This document shows, piece by piece, positions 1 through 9,159 of a stretch of 64,000 bases of DNA (the first letter of the stretch is position 1; the number at the start of each line of letters is the position of its first letter). The DNA comes from Nitrosopumilus sp. (GTDB lineage Archaea > Thermoproteota > Nitrososphaeria > Nitrososphaerales > Nitrosopumilaceae). The stretch lies in the NCBI GenBank assembly GCA_965223425.1, contig OZ245003.1, positions 160,001 to 224,000 of the forward strand. Direction: 5' to 3'. The notes under the pieces were generated by a model. It made no database searches. It saw only the letters and a program-made list of their open reading frames with translations, and was not told the DNA's origin. Position numbers and translations under genes: made by a program.

Positions 1-277
1 TCCAGAACCTTTTCCAGGAGAGACTGAATCAGAAAAAATACAACGGTTAACTGAAGAAAACACCAAACTAAAACAACAAAATACTAATCTCCAAGGAGAA
101 ATATCAACTCTAAAAAATGAAAAACTAAGACTAGAAGCTGAAATATCAGAACTTGATGCTTTAATTGAAAATCTTGAAGAACTAGTTGCCGAACAACTTA
201 AAGTAATATTGGATTTGGTAGATAGACTTGAAGAGGTATTATTTGAAAAAATATTTTCTCCTACAATTAGACTGTAG
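1..277 (+). CDS. 3' part of a coiled-coil protein (truncated by window start)
   Basis: Open frame from position 2 (PEPFPGETESEKIQRLTEENTKLKQQ...) to TAG at 275-277; heptad-rich. Confidence 0.7.
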   Translation, partial: PEPFPGETESEKIQRLTEENTKLKQQNTNLQGEISTLKNEKLRLEAEISELDALIENLEELVAEQLKVILDLVDRLEEVLFEKIFSPTIRL

Positions 278-290
278 ATCTTTTTAAAAC

Positions 291-479
291 CTATTTTATT
301 GATTCTAAAGAATGTCCACGGTTAGTAATCATTTGGGTGACTGCTTCTACAGTATAGTCAATACCGTGTTCTTCTTCAAAATGGGTTCTTAATTTTTCAA
401 TTAATCCTGTAGTTTTTTCTTCATTTAAAACGAACTTACACTCAAAGCCATAGTCATCACATCTCAGTTTTAGATTCAT
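291..479 (-). CDS. DUF1059-like small metal-binding protein
   Basis: MNLKLRCDDYGFECKF...HFEEEHG (C-x6-C...H-x4-H); start moved to ATG 479. Confidence 0.75.
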   Translation of the reverse strand: MNLKLRCDDYGFECKFVLNEEKTTGLIEKLRTHFEEEHGIDYTVEAVTQMITNRGHSLESIK

Positions 480-641
480 GATTTTGTGGACAAAATTGAG
501 CATATAAAAATCAATGATCTTTTTTCCAAATATGACGAAATTAGGCAAATAATCTAAATTCTTTCAAGCAGCACCAATATCCATTGTGGCACTGATTGGA
601 GGAAAATCCTTAATGAGTACATCATCCCTAATTGATCAGAA

Positions 642-872
642 ATGGTTTATTCATATCAAGTTGTAAAATTTCAAACTATCTCATTTGTGCAGGGAACCCA
701 CTGGTCTCAATCAATAGGTGATAAAGGAGTTCTCTACAAATCACTAAAAGATCCATTTTCAAAACTTATCATACAGTTATCTAATGGTTCAAAAAAACTG
801 TATCATGTTCCAAAAGACAGAACAGTTATTGTATCTAATGACACCGTTCATTTTCTAGGCGAATTAGGATGA
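642..872 (+). CDS. hypothetical protein
   Basis: 76-aa ORF with TATA-like 'cttaatg' ~30 nt upstream. Confidence 0.7.
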   Translation: MVYSYQVVKFQTISFVQGTHWSQSIGDKGVLYKSLKDPFSKLIIQLSNGSKKLYHVPKDRTVIVSNDTVHFLGELG

Positions 873-875
873 TAA

Positions 876-1148
876 TTATTTAAAAAATTTATCCACCTGA
901 TCTCTATACTTTAGAGCAATCTTTCCAAAAGCTGCAAAATCTTCTACAGTTGGATTTTTCATTCTTATCGCATATTGATTGACAAATACAGATAATGCAC
1001 TACCAATAATTAGATTGTAAACACCATCAGCCATGTTTTTTGAATAAGGAAATACAACTTTGATAAAAGGCATGTATGTTTCTGTCTGAGAAATCATTAG
1101 CTTGATGTGTTCATCGACAAACTCTTCAACTTCTGATGGAATTACCAT
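876..1148 (-). CDS. hypothetical protein
   Basis: 90-aa ORF; TTTATAA box ~25 nt upstream on the minus strand. Confidence 0.75.
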   Translation of the reverse strand: MVIPSEVEEFVDEHIKLMISQTETYMPFIKVVFPYSKNMADGVYNLIIGSALSVFVNQYAIRMKNPTVEDFAAFGKIALKYRDQVDKFFK

Positions 1149-1243
1149 AATCTTACTAGTCTTAATTTCTTATAAATAGGAGTTAAATTGTCAGGCATGG
1201 TTTGATTCCAATCGATATTGGAAAGTGACAACTGTCTTGTTTC

Positions 1244-1458
1244 TTATTTTACAACTCGTGCAAGATATTTTCCTTTTCCTTTTCCTTTTCTGCTTCTAGG
1301 TAGACATCTTGATTGCCTATTGCAACAGGTGCAAGTTATTCATCATAACCTACAAATATTTCACAATAATTGCATCTTTTTTGTCCAGATGCATACCTGC
1401 CAACCTCTGATGGTTTTAGAGCCTTGTACTTTTTACATTTACCTGTACAACAAGTCAT
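1244..1458 (-). pseudogene. frameshifted Cys-rich zinc-finger protein (thaumarchaeal MTC..GRYASGQKRC family)
   Basis: MTCCTGKCKKYKALKPSEVGRYASGQKRCNYCEIFVGYD, then the shifted frame continues ITCTCCNRQSRCLPRSRKGK...; 1-nt deletion near 1340. Confidence 0.7.
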
Positions 1459-1570
1459 TACAAAGCAAGCAGCAAAATTCTCTGAAGATAAAATGTTTGA
1501 TTGTACTGTACTCACCTTGGTAAATCCATGTCAAATAAAATTGAATTTATAACGTGAATTTTACTCTTTA

Positions 1571-1873
1571 TTGTTGCTTGAGTTAGACAGGAAAGTATTT
1601 GGTAAAATCACAACCAAGGAAATTATTGGGGCTGAGCCTCCTGCAATTCCTGACACGAGAGAAATTCTTGAAAAAGAATTTACAATTCTAATTGCGGAAT
1701 TAGGATCTCAATCAAAAACCAATCTCAAGAATCTTTTGGAGCAACAAAAAATTTTGGGAAAACATGTCAATAATAGGCCGGGTGCTATGGCCTTGGCTCA
1801 AAACAAAATCAAACTATTCAATGAATATAATGAAAAATATGTTCAAACAATCGAGGAAAAACTAGAATCCTAG
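1571..1873 (+). CDS. hypothetical protein
   Basis: 100-aa ORF, TTG start, TTTATAA box upstream. Confidence 0.7.
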   Translation: MLLELDRKVFGKITTKEIIGAEPPAIPDTREILEKEFTILIAELGSQSKTNLKNLLEQQKILGKHVNNRPGAMALAQNKIKLFNEYNEKYVQTIEEKLES

Positions 1874-2817
1874 TTTTTTTTCTTTTTGGGGCGTTTTTTG
1901 TTAGAGTTTTGATTTCTTCTAATTAATAGTGAGATTATTGTGCCTGCAGGAATTCCTATAATTGTTCCAAGGCTTACATATGGCGCAATAAAGAAATTTC
2001 CAATCCAGATTCCTCCATCCGTTGTTAATTCCATAAATGTTCTAGGTCGTAGAATTATTGAAACTGTTTGTGAGTCTTCTTTTCTCTCCCCAATATCATC
2101 TGTGTATTCTACAATAATCTCAAATGGAAGTTTGTATTCCGTATTTACTTCCCCCGTTGGCGTAATGATCTGCGATGTTATTCCTATGTGTCTGCTCTTT
2201 TCTATTTTTGAAAATGTATGCAGTGTTTCGCCTCTAAATTCAATGTCCTTTGGAGGAATTATCTTTATGCCAACATCTGTAATGTCTATGTCTTCTGAGA
2301 TTATCTCAACCTCTATTGGAAACTCTGCATTAGTAAAAATTGATTCAGGTGTTTTTGTATGAATTGTAACGCTTGCATCTTCTTTTATTGTAATTGGAAT
2401 GGCGATGTCATGAAAAATCGCAGGTTGTGGCGTTTCATTATTTGCCACAAGAACTTGAGAATATTTTATGTTTAGAAAATGAATTCCAGGACTGGCATCG
2501 TTGGGAATTGACAAATCAATGTTTCCGCCATATGATCCCTCTTGTGCAAGTTTGTCTATGACAATACTGTCTGATGGGCCAGTAACCAATGCACTATCCT
2601 GATTAGAAACAACAAACGAAATATCTTGTTTATCTTCCCAGCCATTATTTTTTATCAAAATTGAAATAACGCCGTCACGTCCTACTATGATCTCATCAGG
2701 ATATGTAATTTCAATATCCATTCCGCCATCCAGATTATGAGTTATTATCTCTGCGTGAATATTTGGTAACAAAATGATGAATCCAATCACCAATGGGATT
2801 GTCCAGAGTAAATTCAT
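1870..2817 (-). CDS. exported, C-terminally membrane-anchored beta-sandwich (COG1361/S-layer-like) protein
   Basis: N-terminal signal (MNLLWTIPLVIGFIILL..AHA-like), Ig-like beta pattern, C-terminal TM helix plus basic tail. Confidence 0.7.
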   Translation of the reverse strand: MNLLWTIPLVIGFIILLPNIHAEIITHNLDGGMDIEITYPDEIIVGRDGVISILIKNNGWEDKQDISFVVSNQDSALVTGPSDSIVIDKLAQEGSYGGNIDLSIPNDASPGIHFLNIKYSQVLVANNETPQPAIFHDIAIPITIKEDASVTIHTKTPESIFTNAEFPIEVEIISEDIDITDVGIKIIPPKDIEFRGETLHTFSKIEKSRHIGITSQIITPTGEVNTEYKLPFEIIVEYTDDIGERKEDSQTVSIILRPRTFMELTTDGGIWIGNFFIAPYVSLGTIIGIPAGTIISLLIRRNQNSNKKRPKKKKN

Positions 2818-2930
2818 ACCGTATTGACTTATCTCATAATGTTTATTTTGTGTTATTGTTAGGCTCAAAATTTGAAAAAAAAACTTGTTGATTCATAAAT
2901 ACCAAACAACGCAGGATTCTAGAATCATAC

Positions 2931-3836
2931 ATGGTTAGTAAAACAAAAGAATTGTGCCCAAGGTGTGCGCAGGGAAAGTTAGTTACTGACAACGAATCAG
3001 GAGAAATGTTTTGCTCAAAATGTGGATTTGTGATTACTGAAAAATTACAAGAATCTGGTCCAGAATGGAGATCCTTTTCTCAAGATGAACATGGAGATAG
3101 AGCAAGAGCCGGGGCACCTACATCATTAACAATGCATGACATGGGCCTTGCAACAATCATCAACCCTGTAAACAAAGATGCTTCTGGTAGACCGCTCACA
3201 GCAACCATGAAAAGTACAATCGAAAGACTTAGGACTTGGGATAGTAGGAGTCAAGTTCATGAACCAGTAGATCGAAACTTTAGGCAAGCGTTTAGTGAAC
3301 TAAACAGGTTAAAAGACAAACTAGCAATTTCTGATTCAGTGATTGAAAAAGCAGCTTATCTTTACAGAAAAGCACTTGATAAGGGTCTTGTTCGAGGCCG
3401 CTCCATCTCAGCCTTGATGGCGTCTGCACTTTATGCTGCTTGTCGTGATACTGAAACTCCAAGAAACCTAAAAGATGTAGAGCAAGCTGCTAATATCAAA
3501 AGAAAAGATATCGCAAGGTGTTACAGGCTGTTAGTAAAAGAATTAGATCTGAAAATGCCGGTAACTGATTCAATTCAATGTGTTGCAAGAATTGCTAGTA
3601 GAATTGGAATTGCTGAAAAAACAAAAAGATATGCAGTCAAAGTACTAAAACAAGCACAAGAAAATGAAGTCTCTGCAGGAAAAGATCCAATGGGGTTGGC
3701 TGCAGCAGCATTGTATCTGTCTTGTGTACGAAATGGTGAAGATAAAACCCAGCGCGATATTGCTGAGGCTGCAAATGTTACTGAAGTGACTATCAGAAAT
3801 AGATACAAAGGCCTCAAAGACTCGCTGGATCTGTAA
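2931..3836 (+). CDS. tfb: transcription initiation factor IIB (TFB paralogue)
   Basis: Zn ribbon CPRC...CSKCG, GPEWRSF B-reader, two cyclin repeats, TEVTIRNRYK. Confidence 0.97.
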   Translation: MVSKTKELCPRCAQGKLVTDNESGEMFCSKCGFVITEKLQESGPEWRSFSQDEHGDRARAGAPTSLTMHDMGLATIINPVNKDASGRPLTATMKSTIERLRTWDSRSQVHEPVDRNFRQAFSELNRLKDKLAISDSVIEKAAYLYRKALDKGLVRGRSISALMASALYAACRDTETPRNLKDVEQAANIKRKDIARCYRLLVKELDLKMPVTDSIQCVARIASRIGIAEKTKRYAVKVLKQAQENEVSAGKDPMGLAAAALYLSCVRNGEDKTQRDIAEAANVTEVTIRNRYKGLKDSLDL

Positions 3837-3936
3837 TGTTTTATTTTAAATAAAATCCATAACTTCCACTTTTCTTTTCTAGCATACTGACCTAAGATCT
3901 TTCTTTGACCTATTTCTGCCTAGTTGTATCTGCCGT

Positions 3937-5322
3937 CTATTCTCTCTGTGAGCTCTCAGGTGGTTTTTTGACAAATCCTCCCTCAACTGATTCAGGTGGA
4001 GGAATTTTCTTGGACTTGCCTAATCCGATTGTTGTAATAATTATTGATGATAAAATGATAAAGAATATGATTTGTGGATATGCATCAGCGTTTGGCAGGC
4101 CCAAAGTAATTGGATATGTAGCAAGTACCGCCGCAGCTAATCCTCTAGGAATCATAGAATTTGTTACAGCTCTGTCCAATTTTGAGAATCTTTTAGTGAG
4201 TGTTATCCTGACAACAAATGATCTTCCAAAGAAGACGGCAACAGTGACCAAAACTCCAAATATTACATATTCTATTTGTCCAAAACTTGCCATTAATCCA
4301 ACAAATACAAAGAAGAAAGATCTAACCAAAAATGTTAGTTGGTTGTGTGTGGGATCATCTACTTCAATTTTTGGCAGTTTGAATTTGAGTATTCGTGAGA
4401 GGTGGTTTTTGTTTCCAAGCATCAAGCCAAATACCAATGCTGTCAAAGCTCCAGATTCTCCAAATGAATTTGCCAGGAAGAACAGAACGAACAAGATTCC
4501 TAATGTGAGCATATATCCGTGTTGGGCATTACCGAGTTTTGTTGAAACATACATCCATGGGATTCCTACCCCAAACCCAAGAACCAAACCTACAATGACT
4601 GCCCTTCCAATAGTCTCTTGTAATGTTTGAAGATCAAAATGTCCTGCAAGTACAGCCTCAAATAATATGAACGCAACAATCATAGCTAGAATATCAGTTA
4701 GAGCGGATTCAAAACTAAGCATTGATCTAGCCTCTTCTGAAATTTTGACATTTCTAACAAGACCAAAAACAATTGCCGAGCTGCTTCCGCCAACAATTGA
4801 ACCTAGCAAAATACTCTCTAACCAAAGCCATCCTAGCGCATAATGAGCCGCAGTTGAAATAATTACAACGGATAAAATAAAACCAAGAATTGCAATCGTT
4901 GTTGAAAAATGTGCAGTCTTTATGATGTGTTTGATGTCTAGATTTAGTCCGCCATCAAACATGATGATGATTAGTGCAAGCGCTGCAAAATATGGCACTA
5001 CCTGGATAACAGCTTCTGGTTGAATTATTCCAAAGACAGGTCCTATAATTACTCCAAGAATCATCAGGAATGCTATATCTGGAACACCCGTTTTTTTGAA
5101 GAACGCCTCTCCTGCCACTCCAAGTAAAATTACTACTCCTGCTGCCAGTAATACTACATGAGCTGCAGCAATCGGCCCATCTTGTGTAGATAACGTTTCT
5201 ATAGAATTATGTAATTCCACAATTTTATCTAAAATCAAATTTGGATTAAAATCAGGCAATTGAAGCATGTCCTTACTTTGTCCTGCGATTAGATTCAGAA
5301 TAGAGAAAATTATGGGATTCAT
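3937..5322 (-). CDS. cation:proton antiporter (CPA1/NhaP-like)
   Basis: Multi-TM; IIMFDGGL, LSFESALTD, PRGLAAAVLA motifs. Confidence 0.9.
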   Translation of the reverse strand: MNPIIFSILNLIAGQSKDMLQLPDFNPNLILDKIVELHNSIETLSTQDGPIAAAHVVLLAAGVVILLGVAGEAFFKKTGVPDIAFLMILGVIIGPVFGIIQPEAVIQVVPYFAALALIIIMFDGGLNLDIKHIIKTAHFSTTIAILGFILSVVIISTAAHYALGWLWLESILLGSIVGGSSSAIVFGLVRNVKISEEARSMLSFESALTDILAMIVAFILFEAVLAGHFDLQTLQETIGRAVIVGLVLGFGVGIPWMYVSTKLGNAQHGYMLTLGILFVLFFLANSFGESGALTALVFGLMLGNKNHLSRILKFKLPKIEVDDPTHNQLTFLVRSFFFVFVGLMASFGQIEYVIFGVLVTVAVFFGRSFVVRITLTKRFSKLDRAVTNSMIPRGLAAAVLATYPITLGLPNADAYPQIIFFIILSSIIITTIGLGKSKKIPPPESVEGGFVKKPPESSQRE

Positions 5323-5440
5323 TAATGACTGAATGTAAGTATATGCGGATAAAAGTTAAACTGGGACTGTTTGATATTTTTAGCCTCTATCGTTAATTTT
5401 TAGATACACATTAAATCAACCTTAACAATACTTTTCTTAC

Positions 5441-5983
5441 TTGAGTGCAACTGAAGCATTACGCGAAGATCACAAACAAATTAAACGCTTGGAGAAAATA
5501 ATCATAAAATGTTATACAGAACTTTATGCGGGAAAAAATATTCCTTTATCTGATATAGATAAAATCACATTAGTTATTGAAGAATTCTTAGATTCAATTC
5601 ACTATTCAAGAGAAGAAGACTCTTATTTTCCTTGTGTTGCGAGTTACGATCATCTTAAAGAAGAAATCCATAAATTATTAGTAGAACATGAATTTTCTAG
5701 AAATATTTCAACACAAATCAAAAAACATCTTAAAAGATGGAAAGAAGGAGAAGATGCAAGAGAACCTGTAGCTAGATTTCTAAGAACATATTCAATATAT
5801 CTTATCGATCATATGACTAAGGAAGAAAACTTTTTTGATAAAGCTGAATCAGACGTACTCTCTAAAGAAGAAGAATACGATATGTATGAACAATTCAAAT
5901 CGGTCATGACAACTTCTAAGAAACTGGAAGATATGATCAAAGAAATTGAGTATTTGGAAAATCAATCTTGGTTTCAAAATTAA
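5441..5983 (+). CDS. hemerythrin-domain protein
   Basis: H..HYSREE..EH..HMTKEE motif pattern. Confidence 0.88.
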   Translation: MSATEALREDHKQIKRLEKIIIKCYTELYAGKNIPLSDIDKITLVIEEFLDSIHYSREEDSYFPCVASYDHLKEEIHKLLVEHEFSRNISTQIKKHLKRWKEGEDAREPVARFLRTYSIYLIDHMTKEENFFDKAESDVLSKEEEYDMYEQFKSVMTTSKKLEDMIKEIEYLENQSWFQN

Positions 5984-6019
5984 CGTAAGCTCTTTATGGG
6001 CTGTTTAGATGTTTTATTC

Positions 6020-6535
6020 ATGAAGCCTTTCATTCTTTGGATGACCGGTCTTCCTTGTTCAGGAAAGACTACCATCGTAAAAGATCTGCAAAAAGACATC
6101 CAAAATTTGGCAATGCTTGATGGTGATGAATTAAGAGAATGGTTTTCTCCAAAAGATTTTTCAAGAGCAGGACGTGATGAACACAACAAGAAAGTTGCCC
6201 ATTTGGCCAAGCTTTTGCTTAATCATGGTGTTCCAAGTGTTGTATCTCTAGTATCTCCATATGTTGAGAACAGACAAAATGCTAGGGAGATTGTTGATGC
6301 AGGCGATCAGTTTGCAGAGTGTTATGTAAAATGTTCACTAGAAAAATGTGAAGAAAGAGATGTGAAAGGCATGTATGCTAAAGCAAGAAAAGGAGAAATT
6401 AAAGGATTTACAGGAATTGATGATCCTTATGAAGCTCCAGAAAATGCAGATTTAATAATTGATACAGAACACGAGCCATTATCAGAAAGCGCAAATAAAG
6501 TAAGGGGTTTTCTTAAAACAAGAGACCTACTTTAA
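6020..6535 (+). CDS. cysC: adenylyl-sulfate kinase
   Basis: WMTGLPCSGKTT, LDGD, RDVKGMY, FTGIDDPYEAP. Confidence 0.95.
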   Translation: MKPFILWMTGLPCSGKTTIVKDLQKDIQNLAMLDGDELREWFSPKDFSRAGRDEHNKKVAHLAKLLLNHGVPSVVSLVSPYVENRQNAREIVDAGDQFAECYVKCSLEKCEERDVKGMYAKARKGEIKGFTGIDDPYEAPENADLIIDTEHEPLSESANKVRGFLKTRDLL

Positions 6536-7345
6536 TTTTTTAAATTGTGTAACTATTTTTTCATGAATTAATCCATTTGTTGCTAGAATTCCATTTTGAT
6601 GATAAACGTCTTTGTTGTTGTATGTGATATCATTTCCTAGCATATCTGTCATTTTTCCTCCAGCTTCTGAAATAATGCAATAAGATGCAGCTGAGTCCCA
6701 TTCTTTCATTTTGTTTGTAGTCGTGATATATGCTTCTGCTTCCCCCGAACTAATCTTTCCAACTTTTAATGAACTGCCTATACTTGTAAAGTCTTCCATG
6801 CCCAACTCTCTGATAAATGATTTTTCCTTATCTGATAAATGATGTCTTGATCCAACAGTTCTACATTGTGAAAGCTCTGCAATTTTAGTTACAGACATTT
6901 TCGTCCACTCGTTATTTGAATATCTAAATGCGCCACTTCCTTTTTGTGCAACAAAGAATGTTTCTTCTGTAGGCCAAGCAATAACTCCAAGAACCGGTTT
7001 TTTGTTTTTTATCAGTGCAATCATAACCGTAAATTCCCCTGTTTTGTCAATAAAATCAGAAGTACCATCAAGCGGGTCCACAATCCAAATTGTTTCCTTT
7101 GATAATCTGACTTGATCATCTTTGTCTTCTTCGGATAAAACTGCATGTTCTGTTTGTTGGAGAAACCCTTTAATGATTTCATTACTCTTAAGGTCTGCTT
7201 CTGTGATGGGAGAATCATCATTTTTTTGGAATGCCTCAAAATCTCCCTGATAGATCTCTAAAATTGCCTTTCCAGCCTCATTTGCAGCCCTGATTGCAAT
7301 ATCTAACTCAGGAATTTTATCTGATATTGGTATGTCTTTCAACAT
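6527..7345 (-). CDS. cysQ: 3'(2'),5'-bisphosphate nucleotidase
   Basis: SPITEAD, WIVDPLDGT, GSSLK, EWDSAA. Confidence 0.92.
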   Translation of the reverse strand: MLKDIPISDKIPELDIAIRAANEAGKAILEIYQGDFEAFQKNDDSPITEADLKSNEIIKGFLQQTEHAVLSEEDKDDQVRLSKETIWIVDPLDGTSDFIDKTGEFTVMIALIKNKKPVLGVIAWPTEETFFVAQKGSGAFRYSNNEWTKMSVTKIAELSQCRTVGSRHHLSDKEKSFIRELGMEDFTSIGSSLKVGKISSGEAEAYITTTNKMKEWDSAASYCIISEAGGKMTDMLGNDITYNNKDVYHQNGILATNGLIHEKIVTQFKKLK

Positions 7346-7352
7346 AGGTTCC

Positions 7353-7559
7353 CTATGTTGTAAGTTCCGGCTTTAATGTCCAGACAACCCCTAGAACAAT
7401 AAATGGAATCGACATAATCCCTATGATGCCAAGTATGGTGTTAAACTGTGATTCTGAAACCTGTGGGTTGTTTACTATCCATGGTAATGGCAAAGTGATA
7501 ATTATCCAAATAATTCCTAAAAGTATTATTAACTTAGCTTTTGATTTCCTGTCTTTCAT
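7353..7559 (-). CDS. small two-TM membrane protein
   Basis: Two hydrophobic segments in 68 aa. Confidence 0.75.
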   Translation of the reverse strand: MKDRKSKAKLIILLGIIWIIITLPLPWIVNNPQVSESQFNTILGIIGIMSIPFIVLGVVWTLKPELTT

Positions 7560-7599
7560 AACATCTCCAATTCCTACGTTGTATTAAATTCATATGAAT

Positions 7600-8408
7600 T
7601 CATTTTATTGATTCCCCTCCACCCACTGCAAGTATTGCACCAGTAGTCCATATGCGTCATCTGACATAAAATATATTATAGCTTTTGCTATTTCTTCTGG
7701 TTGGCCAATACTGCCTTGGGTGCTCACCACCCATGAATTCTTTGTCTTTTTGAGTTTGTAAAAACGGTTTTGCCATATCTGTATCTGCTACTCCCGGACA
7801 CGCAATTGACTATAATTTTGTCCTTGGCATGTTCAAGTGCCCAACATTGTCAGTATAGCTAAAGCAGCTTTTGAGGCAGTGTATTATCGGCATTAAAATC
7901 TTGATGTGTCTTTAGTCCTGCATCCGACGAAATGTTAATTATCGAACCGCCTGTTTTTTCCAAATGAGGGATTGCTTCCTTGGCAAATCTAAACTGTCCT
8001 GTAAGATTACGTTTAAGACTTGATTCCATCCCAAAATCTGATTTCATGTAATTGTTTGATCTTTGGAAATATGCCGGGCATTATTTACAAGAATATCCAA
8101 TTTACCAAATTTTTCAATTGTTTTGTTTACAACTTTTTTTTAAATTCATTCCTATTTCTAATACCAGCTGCAATACCTACTGCACTAGGAATTTCAACAC
8201 TGATTTCTAATCTTTCTTGATCTCTTGCTGTAATAATTACAGTTGCTCCATTTTCTGATAAACATCTTTGCTGTAGCAAAACCTATTCCACGACTTCCAC
8301 CTGTTACTCAGATGCCTTGTCACACTTTATTGCCAAAGTTCTAGGTAGCAAAACCTATTCCACGACTTCCACCTGTTACTATGGAACTTTCCCAGATAAT
8401 CTCAACAT
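7600..8408 (-). pseudogene. short-chain dehydrogenase/reductase (FabG-like) pseudogene
   Basis: Fragments in several frames: MLRLSGKV, VTGGSRGIGFAT, DILVNNA, GSIINISSDAG, SKAA; multiple frameshifts plus a 72-bp insertion. Confidence 0.88.
8273..8380. repeat. perfect 36-bp direct repeat separated by a 36-bp unique insert
   Basis: GTAGCAAAACCTATTCCACGACTTCCACCTGTTACT at 8273-8308 and 8345-8380; insert CAGATGCCTTGTCACACTTTATTGCCAAAGTTCTAG. Confidence 0.95.
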
Positions 8409-8539
8409 TTTTTACATAAAAATTCGTAATTCATAGATCAATTCTGTCTCATACAGGCATAAAATATTTCATAAAAATCTATAGAAAACTATAATTTATT
8501 ATCTAAAATGTTAAATAGTTAAAGTTACTATATTAATTA

Positions 8540-8669
8540 ATGCCGAAGGATATAATTCCTATCGACTGAAATTGCGTAGCCCCGCAGAACGAGAAAGGCA
8601 ATCAGACGTTATAACGTTCTGACAACGAGAGGAAATCTCTCAAAGTTCTGTAGCAAAGGGGTTTACGCC
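8540..8669 (+). ncRNA. candidate structured non-coding RNA
   Basis: GC-rich intergenic block with nested helices (8574-8583/8658-8668; 8584-8590/8645-8651; hairpins 8602-8622 and 8627-8641); G.U pairs favour + strand; TTAAATA box at 8511-8517. Confidence 0.6.
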
Positions 8670-8670
8670 A

Positions 8671-9099
8671 TCATCTTTCTAAAATATCGACAGATACGGA
8701 TCCCATCACATTTCCGTTTGGATTGATAGTAATTGAAATTTCCTGCATTTCTGAAATCAAAACGGTTTTTTGTCCATCATATTCCCACGTGAAATATTCA
8801 GATGCCCCAGCTTGATGCTTGGTGCCCTCAAGTTTAAAATCTTCAGAAAAATCAAATCTTTCTCCGTTCAGTATTATTGACAATGTGTTTGGGCTACTGC
8901 CATTTGGCACAAATCTAAAATAATATTCTCCTTTGTCCACAGTAAATACATCAGTATATACTCCGTTAACATACAAATCAGGTTCTGCAAGAGTTATGTG
9001 AAATACTACATTGTTCTCTCTCTCTGATGGGTCTGATGAAAAAACTACTAAAATTGCAACTATGCCGATTATTGGAATTAACATAATTTTTTTGTCCAT
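8671..9099 (-). CDS. membrane-anchored hypothetical protein
   Basis: N-terminal TM/signal anchor, 142 aa. Confidence 0.8.
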   Translation of the reverse strand: MDKKIMLIPIIGIVAILVVFSSDPSERENNVVFHITLAEPDLYVNGVYTDVFTVDKGEYYFRFVPNGSSPNTLSIILNGERFDFSEDFKLEGTKHQAGASEYFTWEYDGQKTVLISEMQEISITINPNGNVMGSVSVDILER

Positions 9100-9159
9100 T
9101 TACACAAGTTCCAAATTCCATTATAAAAATAAATTTCTAATTTAATTTAGAACTAAGCA

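Noticed and set aside
3905-4630. 241-aa + strand ORF and other long antisense ORFs (e.g. 1940-2362, 37322-37729)
   Set aside because: Shadows of well-supported opposite-strand genes; no recognisable motifs.
8273-8380. Bona fide CRISPR array
   Set aside because: Only two repeats, the repeat is SDR coding sequence, and there is no leader or cas gene in the window; kept only as a possible ectopic integration scar.
8567-8668. TGA readthrough (SECIS-like) of the MPKDIIPID micro-ORF
   Set aside because: The frame closes again after 14 codons, and no selenocysteine machinery is known to me in this lineage.
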